From assembly GCF_002075285.3 (NCBI RefSeq), contig NZ_CP021983.2:5490001-5522000 (forward strand): DNA of 32,000 nt, given 5' to 3'. This DNA is from Halomicronema hongdechloris C2206. GTDB taxonomy: Bacteria; Cyanobacteriota; Cyanobacteriia; Phormidesmidales; Phormidesmidaceae. Below, in pieces: positions 1 through 8,051 of this stretch (position 1 is the first letter of the stretch; every line of letters begins with the position of its first letter). Below the pieces are notes generated by a model, which saw nothing but the letters and a program-made list of their open reading frames with translations, did no database searches and was not told where the DNA came from. The position numbers and the translations under genes were made by a program.

Positions 1-912
1 TACCTGAGTCCAGGAAATCTTAGAGTTTCGGCCAGCACAGAGGCCGCGCTTGGTGACAAAGTTATAAATACCGCCCTTGCCCTGTTCATCACCAGCAAAC
101 CAGTTTTGTACCGTTGAATAATTAATTTCGGCATCATCAAGGGCCACCAGCTCCACAATGGCGGCGTGTAGCTGGTTGCTGTCATACATAGGCGCGGTGC
201 AGCCCTCCAAATAGGTGACCGAGCTACGCTCTTCCGCCACAATCAGCGTGCGCTCGAACTGCCCCGCCTCATCAGTGTTCATGCGAAAATAGGTGGACAG
301 ATCCATGGGGCACTTAGTGCCCTTGGGAATGTAAACGAAAGACCCGTCGCTAAAGACTGCCGAGTTCAAGGCCGCAAAGTAATTATCTCCAGGCGGCACG
401 ACACTGCCCAGGTATTTCTCTACCAGCTCAGGGTGGTGCTGTACTGCTTCTGAAATTGAGCAGAAGATCACCCCTTCCTCGGCCAGCTTCTCTTTGTAGG
501 TGGTGGCCACCGATACACTGTCAAAAATGGCATCGACCGCCACATTGGCTAGCCGCTTTTGCTCGGAAAGGGGAATGCCCAACTTCTCAAAGGTGTCTAG
601 TAGAGCTGGATCCACCTCATCTAGGCTCCCTAATTTCTCTTGGTTAGCTGGCTTGGGAGCCGAGTAGTAGATGATGCTCTGAAAGTCAATGGGCGGATAG
701 ACCACGCTGGACCAGGTCGGCTCCTTCATGGTCAACCACTTACGGTAAGCTTTGAGGCGAAACTCTAGCATGAAGTCCGGCTCATTCTTCTTAGCCGAAA
801 TCATGCGGACGACATCTTCATTCAACCCCCGAGGCAAGGAGTCGGTTGCAATATCGGTTTTGAACCCGTACTTATAGGGCTGGCTAACAAGAGACTGAAC
901 ACTAGGACTCAT
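1..912 (-). CDS. sufB: Fe-S cluster assembly protein SufB, N-terminal ~304 codons (3' end runs off the window start)
   Basis: Reverse-strand translation from the ATG (complement of 910-912) reads [59 protein letters not shown]... It stays open to position 1 (...[53 protein letters not shown]...), a typical SufB sequence. It is absent from the ORF track because no stop codon lies inside the window. Confidence 0.9.
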   Translation of the reverse strand, partial: MSPSVQSLVSQPYKYGFKTDIATDSLPRGLNEDVVRMISAKKNEPDFMLEFRLKAYRKWLTMKEPTWSSVVYPPIDFQSIIYYSAPKPANQEKLGSLDEVDPALLDTFEKLGIPLSEQKRLANVAVDAIFDSVSVATTYKEKLAEEGVIFCSISEAVQHHPELVEKYLGSVVPPGDNYFAALNSAVFSDGSFVYIPKGTKCPMDLSTYFRMNTDEAGQFERTLIVAEERSSVTYLEGCTAPMYDSNQLHAAIVELVALDDAEINYSTVQNWFAGDEQGKGGIYNFVTKRGLCAGRNSKISWTQV

Positions 913-1006
913 GGGCGCTGCTCTCGTGCAATCAATAGGTGTACCAAGGGAAAAACAGTCAGCGCCTTATCCCAATTGGGAATAGACGCCACTTAGTCAT
1001 CAATAG

Positions 1007-1366
1007 TTAATATTTATCTGTCTCGGTGCGGATTTCTTCGAAGGAAATCTCTTGCTTGTCACCAACGAAGGGATTGTCAGGAGTCAGAAACAGCATGCAA
1101 TGACACTCCTTACGCTCCTGCATGGGCACACAGGGACAGTTCCAGTAGGTTGCCTTGACCTCAGCTTCCTTATCTTCATAATGACGACAAGGGCAGAGGG
1201 GGGCACCAAAATCATCCTTGTGCTTTGCTAGGCCTTCGATCACGACGGAAGTAACGCCGAGATCAGCACAAAAGTAGGTGCCGGTACGCTTAGCATAGCT
1301 TTGAGAGAAGTTACGCATCAGCTCTAAGTTCTTTTGGGAAGCTTGGGTCGTTTTATGCTGACTCAT
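1007..1366 (-). CDS. ftrC: ferredoxin:thioredoxin reductase catalytic subunit
   Basis: 119-aa ORF with the conserved Cys pattern of the FTR catalytic chain: ...GAPLCPCRHYEDKEAEVKATYWNCPCVPMQERKECHCMLFL... Confidence 0.9.
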   Translation of the reverse strand: MSQHKTTQASQKNLELMRNFSQSYAKRTGTYFCADLGVTSVVIEGLAKHKDDFGAPLCPCRHYEDKEAEVKATYWNCPCVPMQERKECHCMLFLTPDNPFVGDKQEISFEEIRTETDKY

Positions 1367-1465
1367 CGGTTCTTGGGTAATGACTGGTGCTTAACGTTTC
1401 GTAGAATTGGCCTGGCTGGGCAGCCTTCGCCCTAGAGATATCGTGGCACGACAACCAGATAATTC

Positions 1466-1471
1466 TATAAT
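1466..1471 (+). promoter_or_regulatory. -10-like hexamer TATAAT directed toward sufR
   Basis: Perfect TATAAT on the + strand, 5 nt upstream of the first CAAC-N6-GTTG box. Confidence 0.4.
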
Positions 1472-1476
1472 TAAAG

Positions 1477-1490
1477 CAACATTTGAGTTG
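1477..1490. promoter_or_regulatory. candidate SufR operator, box 1 (CAACATTTGAGTTG)
   Basis: Exact CAAC-N6-GTTG palindrome in the ftrC/sufR divergent intergenic region. This is the arrangement described for cyanobacterial SufR binding sites. Confidence 0.7.
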
Positions 1491-1515
1491 TCTAACTATC
1501 TTTAAACTACTTTAA

Positions 1516-1529
1516 CAACACAAAAGTTG
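1516..1529. promoter_or_regulatory. candidate SufR operator, box 2 (CAACACAAAAGTTG)
   Basis: Second exact CAAC-N6-GTTG palindrome, starting 39 bp after box 1. Confidence 0.7.
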
Positions 1530-1536
1530 TCAAAAG

Positions 1537-1542
1537 ATTATA
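1537..1542 (-). promoter_or_regulatory. -10-like hexamer TATAAT directed toward ftrC/sufB
   Basis: The complement of ATTATA at 1537-1542 is TATAAT. It lies 7 nt upstream (minus-strand sense) of box 2. A perfect TTGACA (complement of 1528-1533) also lies here. Confidence 0.4.
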
Positions 1543-1581
1543 GTTTCCTGCTGTGCCCGACGCTGCTGTTTGGTCGAGACG

Positions 1582-2238
1582 ATGACATCGTTGCAACATC
1601 CCTCCACTAAAGAAGACATCCTGCGTTACCTACTGAAGCAAGGAGAAGCTACTGCTCAAGTGCTAGCAGATCAATTGGGGGTTAGCTCCCAGGCGATCCG
1701 CCGTCATCTCAAGGATTTGGAACTGGATGGACTGATTGAGCATCGAGCCATCCAGGAGGGCATGGGTCGTCCCAACTATGTCTATCAACTCAGTCGTAAA
1801 GGACGAGACCACTTCCCAGATCAGTATGATGAGTTTGCTCTATCCCTACTAGACACCTTGGCCGAAACTGTTGGCCAAGAGCAGGTGGGAACTATTTTGC
1901 GTAAGCAGTGGACTCGCAAAGCCAAAGATTATCGGCAGCAAGTGGGCTCTGGTTCTCTGGAAGAACGGGTATCTCGCCTGGTAGAACTTCGGAAGAATGA
2001 GGGGTACATGGCTGAGTGGCATCGTCTAGAACCGGAAGATCAGCCTGGTGCCTCTCCCCGATTTGTAATTGCTGAGTACAACTGTGCCATCTCCCATATT
2101 GCCGAGTCGTTCCCAACTGTCTGTGGTCATGAGCTAGAAATGTTTGAGGTGGCTCTGCCAGATTGCTCGGTAACTCGTACTCATTGGTTGGCCAATGGGG
2201 AACATCGATGTGGCTACATGATCGAACCGAAGCAGTAG
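1582..2238 (+). CDS. sufR: iron-sulfur cluster biosynthesis transcriptional regulator SufR
   Basis: N-terminal winged-helix region (ILRYLLKQGEATAQVLADQLGVSSQAIRRHLKDLELDGLIEH) and C-terminal Cys cluster (EYNCAISHIAESFPTVCGHE...LPDCSV...HRCGYM). The gene is divergent from the suf side. The ORF track starts at TTG 1570; the first ATG is 1582. Confidence 0.85.
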   Translation: MTSLQHPSTKEDILRYLLKQGEATAQVLADQLGVSSQAIRRHLKDLELDGLIEHRAIQEGMGRPNYVYQLSRKGRDHFPDQYDEFALSLLDTLAETVGQEQVGTILRKQWTRKAKDYRQQVGSGSLEERVSRLVELRKNEGYMAEWHRLEPEDQPGASPRFVIAEYNCAISHIAESFPTVCGHELEMFEVALPDCSVTRTHWLANGEHRCGYMIEPKQ

Positions 2239-2329
2239 CAAATCCCATAGCATTGGAAGTTAACCTCTTTGCCACGGCAGAGAGGACCCTGTTCTGCAGA
2301 AACAATAGGTAAGCGTTAACTTGAGTAGA

Positions 2330-2962
2330 TCAAGTATCCAGAGGAGTCCCTACCACACAAGCCCCCATCAGGCTGGTGCCCTCAAGCTTGGTGCGATCCA
2401 AAAGGGCACAGAGGAGATTGGCGCCGTTTAGGGAGGCGCCAGATAAATCAGCTTCTCTGAGATCGGCTTCCTCTAGGTTGGCATCGTTGAGGATAGCCCC
2501 CTGCAGATCAGCACCAGATAGGTCAGCTCCGTGGAGATTGGCGCCAGTTAGATTGGCCCCCCGTAGATCGGCCTGCCGTAGGTCCAACCCCAGCAGATTG
2601 ACTCCGGCCAAATTACTGCCATTGAGAAACACTCCCCTGAGACTGGCCCCTGCCAGACGGGCGCCCATCAGCGAGACCCCCCTGAGGTTGGCACCTCGCA
2701 GGTCGGCTTCCGTCAGATCACACTGCATCAGATTGGCCCCCCAAAGGCTGGCTCTCACATCTGCTGCAATCAGTTGGGCTCCCATTAAGTTACATCCTTC
2801 CAAGTGGGCCCGGTTCAGGGACGTTCGACTGAGATTAGCTCCCATCAGATTGGCCCCTGCCAATTGGGCATCGGAGAGATCCAGCTCTGATAGATCCTGA
2901 TCTTCCAGGTCAGCCCCTGGTAGATGGCGCAGTTGGCCTGATCGAATGGTCTCGACTGCCAT
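2330..2962 (-). CDS. pentapeptide repeat protein
   Basis: 210 aa, almost entirely A(D/N)LxG-type pentapeptides (ANLSGADLSGADLQGAILNDANLEEADL...). The antisense ORF 2376-2900 is a repeat artefact. Confidence 0.85.
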   Translation of the reverse strand: MAVETIRSGQLRHLPGADLEDQDLSELDLSDAQLAGANLMGANLSRTSLNRAHLEGCNLMGAQLIAADVRASLWGANLMQCDLTEADLRGANLRGVSLMGARLAGASLRGVFLNGSNLAGVNLLGLDLRQADLRGANLTGANLHGADLSGADLQGAILNDANLEEADLREADLSGASLNGANLLCALLDRTKLEGTSLMGACVVGTPLDT

Positions 2963-2967
2963 CTTTC

Positions 2968-4389
2968 CTAATCTCCTACCGATGCGGGTGTCGATACCTT
3001 AGGGATGCTAAAGTCACCTGGGTCCACAATATCCGGATTTAAGAGTCCGGTGCCCAGGGTCATTTTGGGAGGTAAACTGGGCAAACTCAAGCCCTGCTGT
3101 AATCCCTGCACCATCAGGCTGAGGATCTCGACTAACTTCGGATCCCAACGTCGCCCCTTGTCTGCTTGGCAATGCTCCAGAGCCTGGGTGAGGACCGAGG
3201 ATGATGGCAGGGGCTGCAGCTGGCCGTTGGCTAAGCCTTCGCTGCTAGCACTCAATCGAATTGCCTGCCGCTGAAACTCGCTGACCAGCCCTAGCATACG
3301 GGACTCTACCGGAATCGCATCTCTAGCCAGGCCAGCGGGTTGCCCGGAGCCGTCCCAGCACTCGTATTGATGGGTAATAATGGTGGCCACCGCCCGTAGT
3401 CGGGGCATCACTCGCAAAGCCTGAATGCCGGGATCGAGAGGACAACTGAGGCCATCGGACGGTATCTGGCTAGAGAGGGGAGCAATCCGATGCAACAGTC
3501 CGGCCAAGCGTAGCCGTTGCAGTTGCCAAGCCGGTAGGTCTACCAGCTGACCCATCATCTCCAGCAGCGACGTTACTTCTGCTGCCGCCAGGGGATTTTC
3601 AGAGTCTACCAAATCGACCAATTGGGCCATCCGCAAAAATGCCTGCAGCTCATTAGAACTGAGGTTTTGACTAAGGGGATCGCTGAGGGCCAGGGCAGTC
3701 TGTTTCCCCAATTGTTGACGATTGCTGTGCAGATAGTTCACGACCTGAGACACGACCGTGCTGATCCCCATAGCCGAGTCACCTGGGCTCAGGTTGGGAT
3801 TAACCCGTAAAATCTCCTGCTGATGTTGCTTCAGGGCATCCTGAAGCTGAGCATCATAGTGGCCGATGTGAGCAATGCCTAACTCGACGGCATACTTGAC
3901 CAGGGCTGGGTCGAAGGTCCAAAGGCCGTAAAACTTGCGCTCCAAATCGTTCTCAGGAGGACCTTGGGGGCCATATTCATCCGGTTGTAGCTCTTGGCAT
4001 AGCACCATCGCACTATAACTAGGCGACAGAATCATCAGGTGCCATTCATGGGTAACGGGGTCGTCTGGGATTAACTCCACCAGCGATACGGTGTCTTGCT
4101 GACTAGTGGGATGCTGACGAAAGCCAGCATCGGCCGCTGCCATGATGACGATATGCTTCGTTTTTGGGGCGATCTGGCCATAGCGATCAGCCTCCTGCAG
4201 ATACCAACGCCCTCGCTGAAAGGCCGTCAACATCAGAGGAGGAGTATCGGTTGCTAAAACGCAATCTTCCAGGGCGTGACACAGGGCAACCAGGGTGTTT
4301 TTGTAATACACCCCAAAATTGAGTGGAGTCTGTCCCTGCTGGTTGGTGTGAAGATCCACCAACTGCTTCAAAATAGAGCCCTCTATCAT
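2968..4389 (-). CDS. DICT sensory domain protein with a degenerate HD-GYP-like C-terminal domain
   Basis: The N-terminal ~190 aa resemble DICT (...TLVALCHALEDCVL...LMLTAFQRGRWYLQEADRY...HIVIMAAADAGF...WHLMILSPSYSAMVLCQE). The C-terminus has LAGLLHRIAP in place of LLHDIGK, and ITHQYECWDGSGQPAGLARDAIPVESRMLGLV in place of HHERWDGSGYPxGLxGxxIPxxARI. Confidence 0.7.
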   Translation of the reverse strand: MIEGSILKQLVDLHTNQQGQTPLNFGVYYKNTLVALCHALEDCVLATDTPPLMLTAFQRGRWYLQEADRYGQIAPKTKHIVIMAAADAGFRQHPTSQQDTVSLVELIPDDPVTHEWHLMILSPSYSAMVLCQELQPDEYGPQGPPENDLERKFYGLWTFDPALVKYAVELGIAHIGHYDAQLQDALKQHQQEILRVNPNLSPGDSAMGISTVVSQVVNYLHSNRQQLGKQTALALSDPLSQNLSSNELQAFLRMAQLVDLVDSENPLAAAEVTSLLEMMGQLVDLPAWQLQRLRLAGLLHRIAPLSSQIPSDGLSCPLDPGIQALRVMPRLRAVATIITHQYECWDGSGQPAGLARDAIPVESRMLGLVSEFQRQAIRLSASSEGLANGQLQPLPSSSVLTQALEHCQADKGRRWDPKLVEILSLMVQGLQQGLSLPSLPPKMTLGTGLLNPDIVDPGDFSIPKVSTPASVGD

Positions 4390-4461
4390 GATTTCCCGTT
4401 GCTCATCGCTGTGCTATGTCCCTGTTCCCTGATCACTAGTGTTGACGGTAATCGCCCCTAC

Positions 4462-6078
4462 TCAGGATGATATCGTAGCCAGTTGTCGCTGGTGGGGCTG
4501 TCCCATGGGAGCGCTCAGGGCAGATTCCAGGGGGGCACGCCCTAGCCGCTCCTCCAAGATATCCATCACTTCGCGACCAAAGTCGCTGGGGTTGCGCCGC
4601 CAGGCTGCCAGGCAGACTTCTCCGAAAAAGGACCCCAGAGGTTCGGGGTTCCACAGCAGCTTACGAGCAGTCCAAGGCATGACACTCATGGGATTGTAGC
4701 CTGGCTGCAGAATGTCGTGCTCGAAGGCATAGGCTTCTAGGTGGGTATGCGGTTGTAGGCCGATGAAGAAAATGGCGGGTTCAACCTTGTCGCGTCCAAA
4801 GACCTCTTCTAAAGCCCGGTGGTAAGCAATGGTTTGACGAATGGTCTCAGGCCGTTCGTCGATCACATTGAAGGAGTAGTTGACTGACACCAGATCATTA
4901 AATCCAGCAGCCTTCAAGTCTTTACAGTTTTGGAGTACGGTGCGTAAGTTATAGCCCATGCGCATTTTCCGCACTAATTCCTGGGAACCACTGGTGATAC
5001 CAATTTCGAAGTAATTCATGCCAGTGGCTACCATTAACTCGCACAATTCTGGCGTTAGGTTATCGGCTCGGATGTAGGCCGCCCAATGGATATCTTCCAT
5101 GCCGGCAGCCAGAATTTTCTGCAAGAGTTCGATGGCATCGTTCATGTAGCGCCGGGCTGGAATGAATTGGGCATCGGTAAACCAGAAGTTACGAATACCC
5201 CGCCTATATAACTGTTGCATCTCTGCGACGACTTCGTCGGCAGGATTTATGCGCACCCGCTTGCCTTCGATGACGGTATAGACGCAATAGCAGCAGTTGT
5301 GGGGACAGCCTCGCTTGGTCTGGACACCGATATAGAAGTCTTGGTCCTGGAAGTAATACTCGAATTCTGGCCAGATGGCTTGGATATAGTCGTAGTCGCA
5401 GGCGGTTTTTTCGATGTCGGTGGGCTTTTCGTGGATCATGCGATCGCGAGGCTGAGTTTCCCCCACCACGTAGCAGCGCTCATCCTGGAAGGATTGCCCC
5501 CGCAGTAGCTTTTCGAGTAGAGCTTCCCCTTCTCCCACCGACACAATCGTGCCTGCTGGCAATGAATGGCCGAGTTGCTCATAAAAGACGCTAACGGCCC
5601 CGCCTCCGACCAACACTCTAGGGTTGGGATGGTGTCGTCGAGAACGCCGTAGCCCTCGCTTAATCAGCCGCAAATTACGCCATAGTTCGGTGTAGTAGGC
5701 GGTAGTCACCCGCAGTCCACCCAAGGCTCCTTTTAGTTTTACCAAAGGATTGCGGGCGTAGAACACTTCAAAGGCATGCTGCAAGGGATTTCCCCCGCGT
5801 CCTCCCACTGGGGCATAAATCTGAATGTCTCGCCAAGAATACACCAACAGAGAGGGGCGAAACGCATCGACTGCAGCATCTAGGGCCCGCCCATAGTCCA
5901 GGGGGGGAACTGTTCCCAAATCAACGATGTGTTGCTCTGTCTGAGGAAATAGTTTGTGTACATGGTCAGCCAAATAGACGACCCCTATCGGAAAAATGGG
6001 GTTACACGGCAATCGAACGTAGAGAATGCGCTCGAGGGTAGCAATCTGGGTGGGAGCAGACAAGGTCTCGGATTGCAT
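4462..6078 (-). CDS. B12-binding-domain radical SAM protein (cyanobacteria-wide family)
   Basis: 538 aa with a CX3CX2C motif in GVQTKRGCPHNCCYCVY, preceded by an N-terminal Rossmann-like region (ILYVRLPCNPIFPIGVVYLADHVHK). I believe this is the family labelled photosystem II high light acclimation radical SAM protein; this is unverified here. Confidence 0.8.
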   Translation of the reverse strand: MQSETLSAPTQIATLERILYVRLPCNPIFPIGVVYLADHVHKLFPQTEQHIVDLGTVPPLDYGRALDAAVDAFRPSLLVYSWRDIQIYAPVGGRGGNPLQHAFEVFYARNPLVKLKGALGGLRVTTAYYTELWRNLRLIKRGLRRSRRHHPNPRVLVGGGAVSVFYEQLGHSLPAGTIVSVGEGEALLEKLLRGQSFQDERCYVVGETQPRDRMIHEKPTDIEKTACDYDYIQAIWPEFEYYFQDQDFYIGVQTKRGCPHNCCYCVYTVIEGKRVRINPADEVVAEMQQLYRRGIRNFWFTDAQFIPARRYMNDAIELLQKILAAGMEDIHWAAYIRADNLTPELCELMVATGMNYFEIGITSGSQELVRKMRMGYNLRTVLQNCKDLKAAGFNDLVSVNYSFNVIDERPETIRQTIAYHRALEEVFGRDKVEPAIFFIGLQPHTHLEAYAFEHDILQPGYNPMSVMPWTARKLLWNPEPLGSFFGEVCLAAWRRNPSDFGREVMDILEERLGRAPLESALSAPMGQPHQRQLATISS

Positions 6079-6877
6079 GGGTCTTAAGGACTACGCGCGA
6101 CAGTCAGTTCCGTCGGGGCAGCGTTGCCAACAGCCCGATGGCTTCGGCATAGAATGATCCGCTATTACATCTAGCACTGCTGCCCTTCTCTTCAGGCTAA
6201 TGAATAGTGCGCCATCAAGCATGGGACCGCTAGTTGGGAACTGCCTTGGTCCTTTGGCACAGGGCTGGGGCATGAGAGGCGATTCCCTTGGTTCTCTTTT
6301 GGTTCTCTTAATGAGAGCTGTTCATATATCTTCACGATAACACTGTCTTCCCAGAAGGATGCTTGCAGCCAGTAGACTGTGGCCCACGTTTGGCTATTTT
6401 TATGGGCCGGAGAACAGGGGCTGAAGCGCTGGAGGCTAAGCAGGTAGACCTGGTTGGGCAATTGCCGACATAAACTACTGGGGACTTGGTTTTCTTAAGA
6501 TTTGCTTTATAATTAGCTCCTGTCTGGGTATTGCGGGCCAGGCGCGAGCTAGATGGAGTTGGGGGTGGTGGTATCCGTTATGGTGCAGGGATCAGGGTGT
6601 TTGCAAGGCATTGCCGCTATATTTGCCCCATTTAGGAGGACTGATTACATTAGGCCGAGCCGGTTCATGGCACGGCCTATTTAGCGCCGAAGCAGACAGC
6701 CCTAATTATTCCAATGGAGTGTTAATGGAGTGATGTCTGAAACATTCAATAAAAGTTGAGTTTTGCAACAATAAATTGCGCTTCTTAGCGGGTTGGTAGT
6801 CGCCTTTACAGCAGCCTGGGATCAGCCAGTGCTACCGTTTCAACGGTAGTACCATGCAGTTTTGCTCCTCAGTGTTT

Positions 6878-7204
6878 ATGGCTCAGATTCTTGATCCCCT
6901 ACCGCCTGACAGCTCTGGTCCTATCCTGTGCTGCTATCTAAATGCCACTAGCAAGATCCAGATTGTTCGCATCACTAACGTTCCCAATTGGTATTTTGAA
7001 CGAGTCGTATTTCCAGGCCAGCGGTTGATGTTTGAGGCTGTGGCTTGGGCCCTCCTGGAAATTCATACTGGCATGATGGCCAGTGCCATTTTGTCTGATA
7101 CGATTCCCTGTGCTCGGTTGGCTGTTCAAGAAGAGGAAGACGAGGAGCAAGATACTCCTCAGGACGAGTCAACACCAAAGGAGTTCATCCCCCCCCTCTC
7201 TTGA
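6878..7204 (+). CDS. DUF1830 domain protein
   Basis: MAQILDPLPPDSSGPILCCYLNATSKIQIVRITNVPNWYFERVVFPGQRLMFEA...HTGMMASAILSDTIPCARL matches the cyanobacterial DUF1830 pattern, with an acidic tail. The ORF track starts at an upstream ATG (6854); the homology-consistent start is ATG 6878. Confidence 0.75.
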   Translation: MAQILDPLPPDSSGPILCCYLNATSKIQIVRITNVPNWYFERVVFPGQRLMFEAVAWALLEIHTGMMASAILSDTIPCARLAVQEEEDEEQDTPQDESTPKEFIPPLS

Positions 7205-7370
7205 GGCAATGGCGTCATCAGCTGCTGCCATGGCGATCCCTGCAGAGTAGGACTATTTCCTAACCCGAGGTACCTTGATGCATGGTGTAGTGGGCTCCCA
7301 CTTCTTGAAGAGCTATTAGGTCTCGGAAGAGGGGGTTTTACTGCTTTTTGTTATGGAAGCAAGGAGGCTG

Positions 7371-7760
7371 CTATAGGTTGCGAAAGGCATAGCCGCCGAT
7401 GGTTGAGGTGAGAAAGGTAATCAGGAAAATCAGCACATTAGCCCCCATCGTAGAGTCTTTCAGGACATCTGCCTCCTGAAAAAGAGCCTGAAGAAGTGGA
7501 TCAATGACTTTAGCTCCTAGGTAGCCCGTAATCAGGCCGATGAGCACATTCCAGGTCTCTTGAAATAAGGCAACCTCAGCCTCCGTCTGCGGTGACCCCA
7601 GCAAAGCGAGAGACCAGCCCAGAGTAATGCCCGATAGGCCGACCAGCACGGACATGGCAAATGCTCTATTCCAGGCTCCATGAATGATACGGGCAGTAAT
7701 CAATAAAACAAGTAAGATAACGGGGCCTAGGAAGAGAGCATAGAGGGTTTTAAAGTCCAT
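7371..7760 (-). CDS. small integral membrane protein (about 4 TM helices), function unknown
   Basis: 129-aa ORF with four long hydrophobic stretches, co-directional with and 63 nt downstream of the preceding gene. Confidence 0.55.
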   Translation of the reverse strand: MDFKTLYALFLGPVILLVLLITARIIHGAWNRAFAMSVLVGLSGITLGWSLALLGSPQTEAEVALFQETWNVLIGLITGYLGAKVIDPLLQALFQEADVLKDSTMGANVLIFLITFLTSTIGGYAFRNL

Positions 7761-7823
7761 GGTCTTAGGTCGGCCACATGGGCGCTCAGATGCCGTTGTC
7801 TAAGTATTATGAGCATAGGATCT

Positions 7824-8051
7824 CTATGAGCATAGGATCTCGTAGTCTGTAATCTCAAAGACGGGGCCAACCATGGCCAGGGTCATGACATCGTCGCGAA
7901 GCCGCCCCTGCAGCCGCACCGATAGCCCCGGTTGTTGTAGGGCCTCAGGGAGATTGGCGTGGAGTTCGTAGGTGCTGCCGTCGGCGGTGGTCAGGGTCCA
8001 GGTGCCCGGCCCCATCTGAACTCGCTGAATAGTGCCTGCCAAGGTGATCAT
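7824..8051 (-). CDS. 75-aa soluble protein, function unknown (possibly the DUF5818-type small beta protein family)
   Basis: MITLAGTIQRVQMGPGTWTLTTADGSTYELHANLPEALQQPGLSVRLQGRLRDDVMTLAMVGPVFEITDYEIL. Its ATG (complement of 8049-8051) overlaps the TGA of the S8 peptidase gene (ATGA overlap). The longer track ORF up to 8159 would overlap the peptidase by 112 nt. Confidence 0.55.
   Translation of the reverse strand: MITLAGTIQRVQMGPGTWTLTTADGSTYELHANLPEALQQPGLSVRLQGRLRDDVMTLAMVGPVFEITDYEILCS

Noticed and set aside
2221-2235. T-loop-like GGTTCGA strings (complement of 2221-2235, and similar strings elsewhere) checked as possible tRNA genes.
   Set aside because: All lie inside well-supported coding regions and lack the surrounding acceptor and anticodon stems. 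I found no tRNA, rRNA or tmRNA in the window.
2264-2285. An inverted repeat CCTCTTTGCC-AC-GGCAGAGAGG between the convergent sufR and pentapeptide genes, considered as a bidirectional terminator.
   Set aside because: It has one mismatch, an almost absent loop, and no U-tract on either strand. This is too weak to annotate.
2376-2900. Long antisense ORFs inside real genes. This one lies opposite the pentapeptide gene; the same applies to 8606-9568, 1892-2305, 5215-5508, 14876-15406 and 28806-29279.
   Set aside because: They lie fully within better-supported genes on the other strand and have Arg/Pro/Ala-rich low-complexity translations. That is typical of antisense frames in GC-rich or repeat DNA.
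6832-6849. A hairpin CTACCGTT/AACGGTAG immediately upstream of ATG 6854, considered as a translational control element for the DUF1830 gene.
   Set aside because: The homology-consistent start is the downstream ATG 6878 (MAQILDPL..). The 2-nt loop also makes the full stem sterically unlikely.
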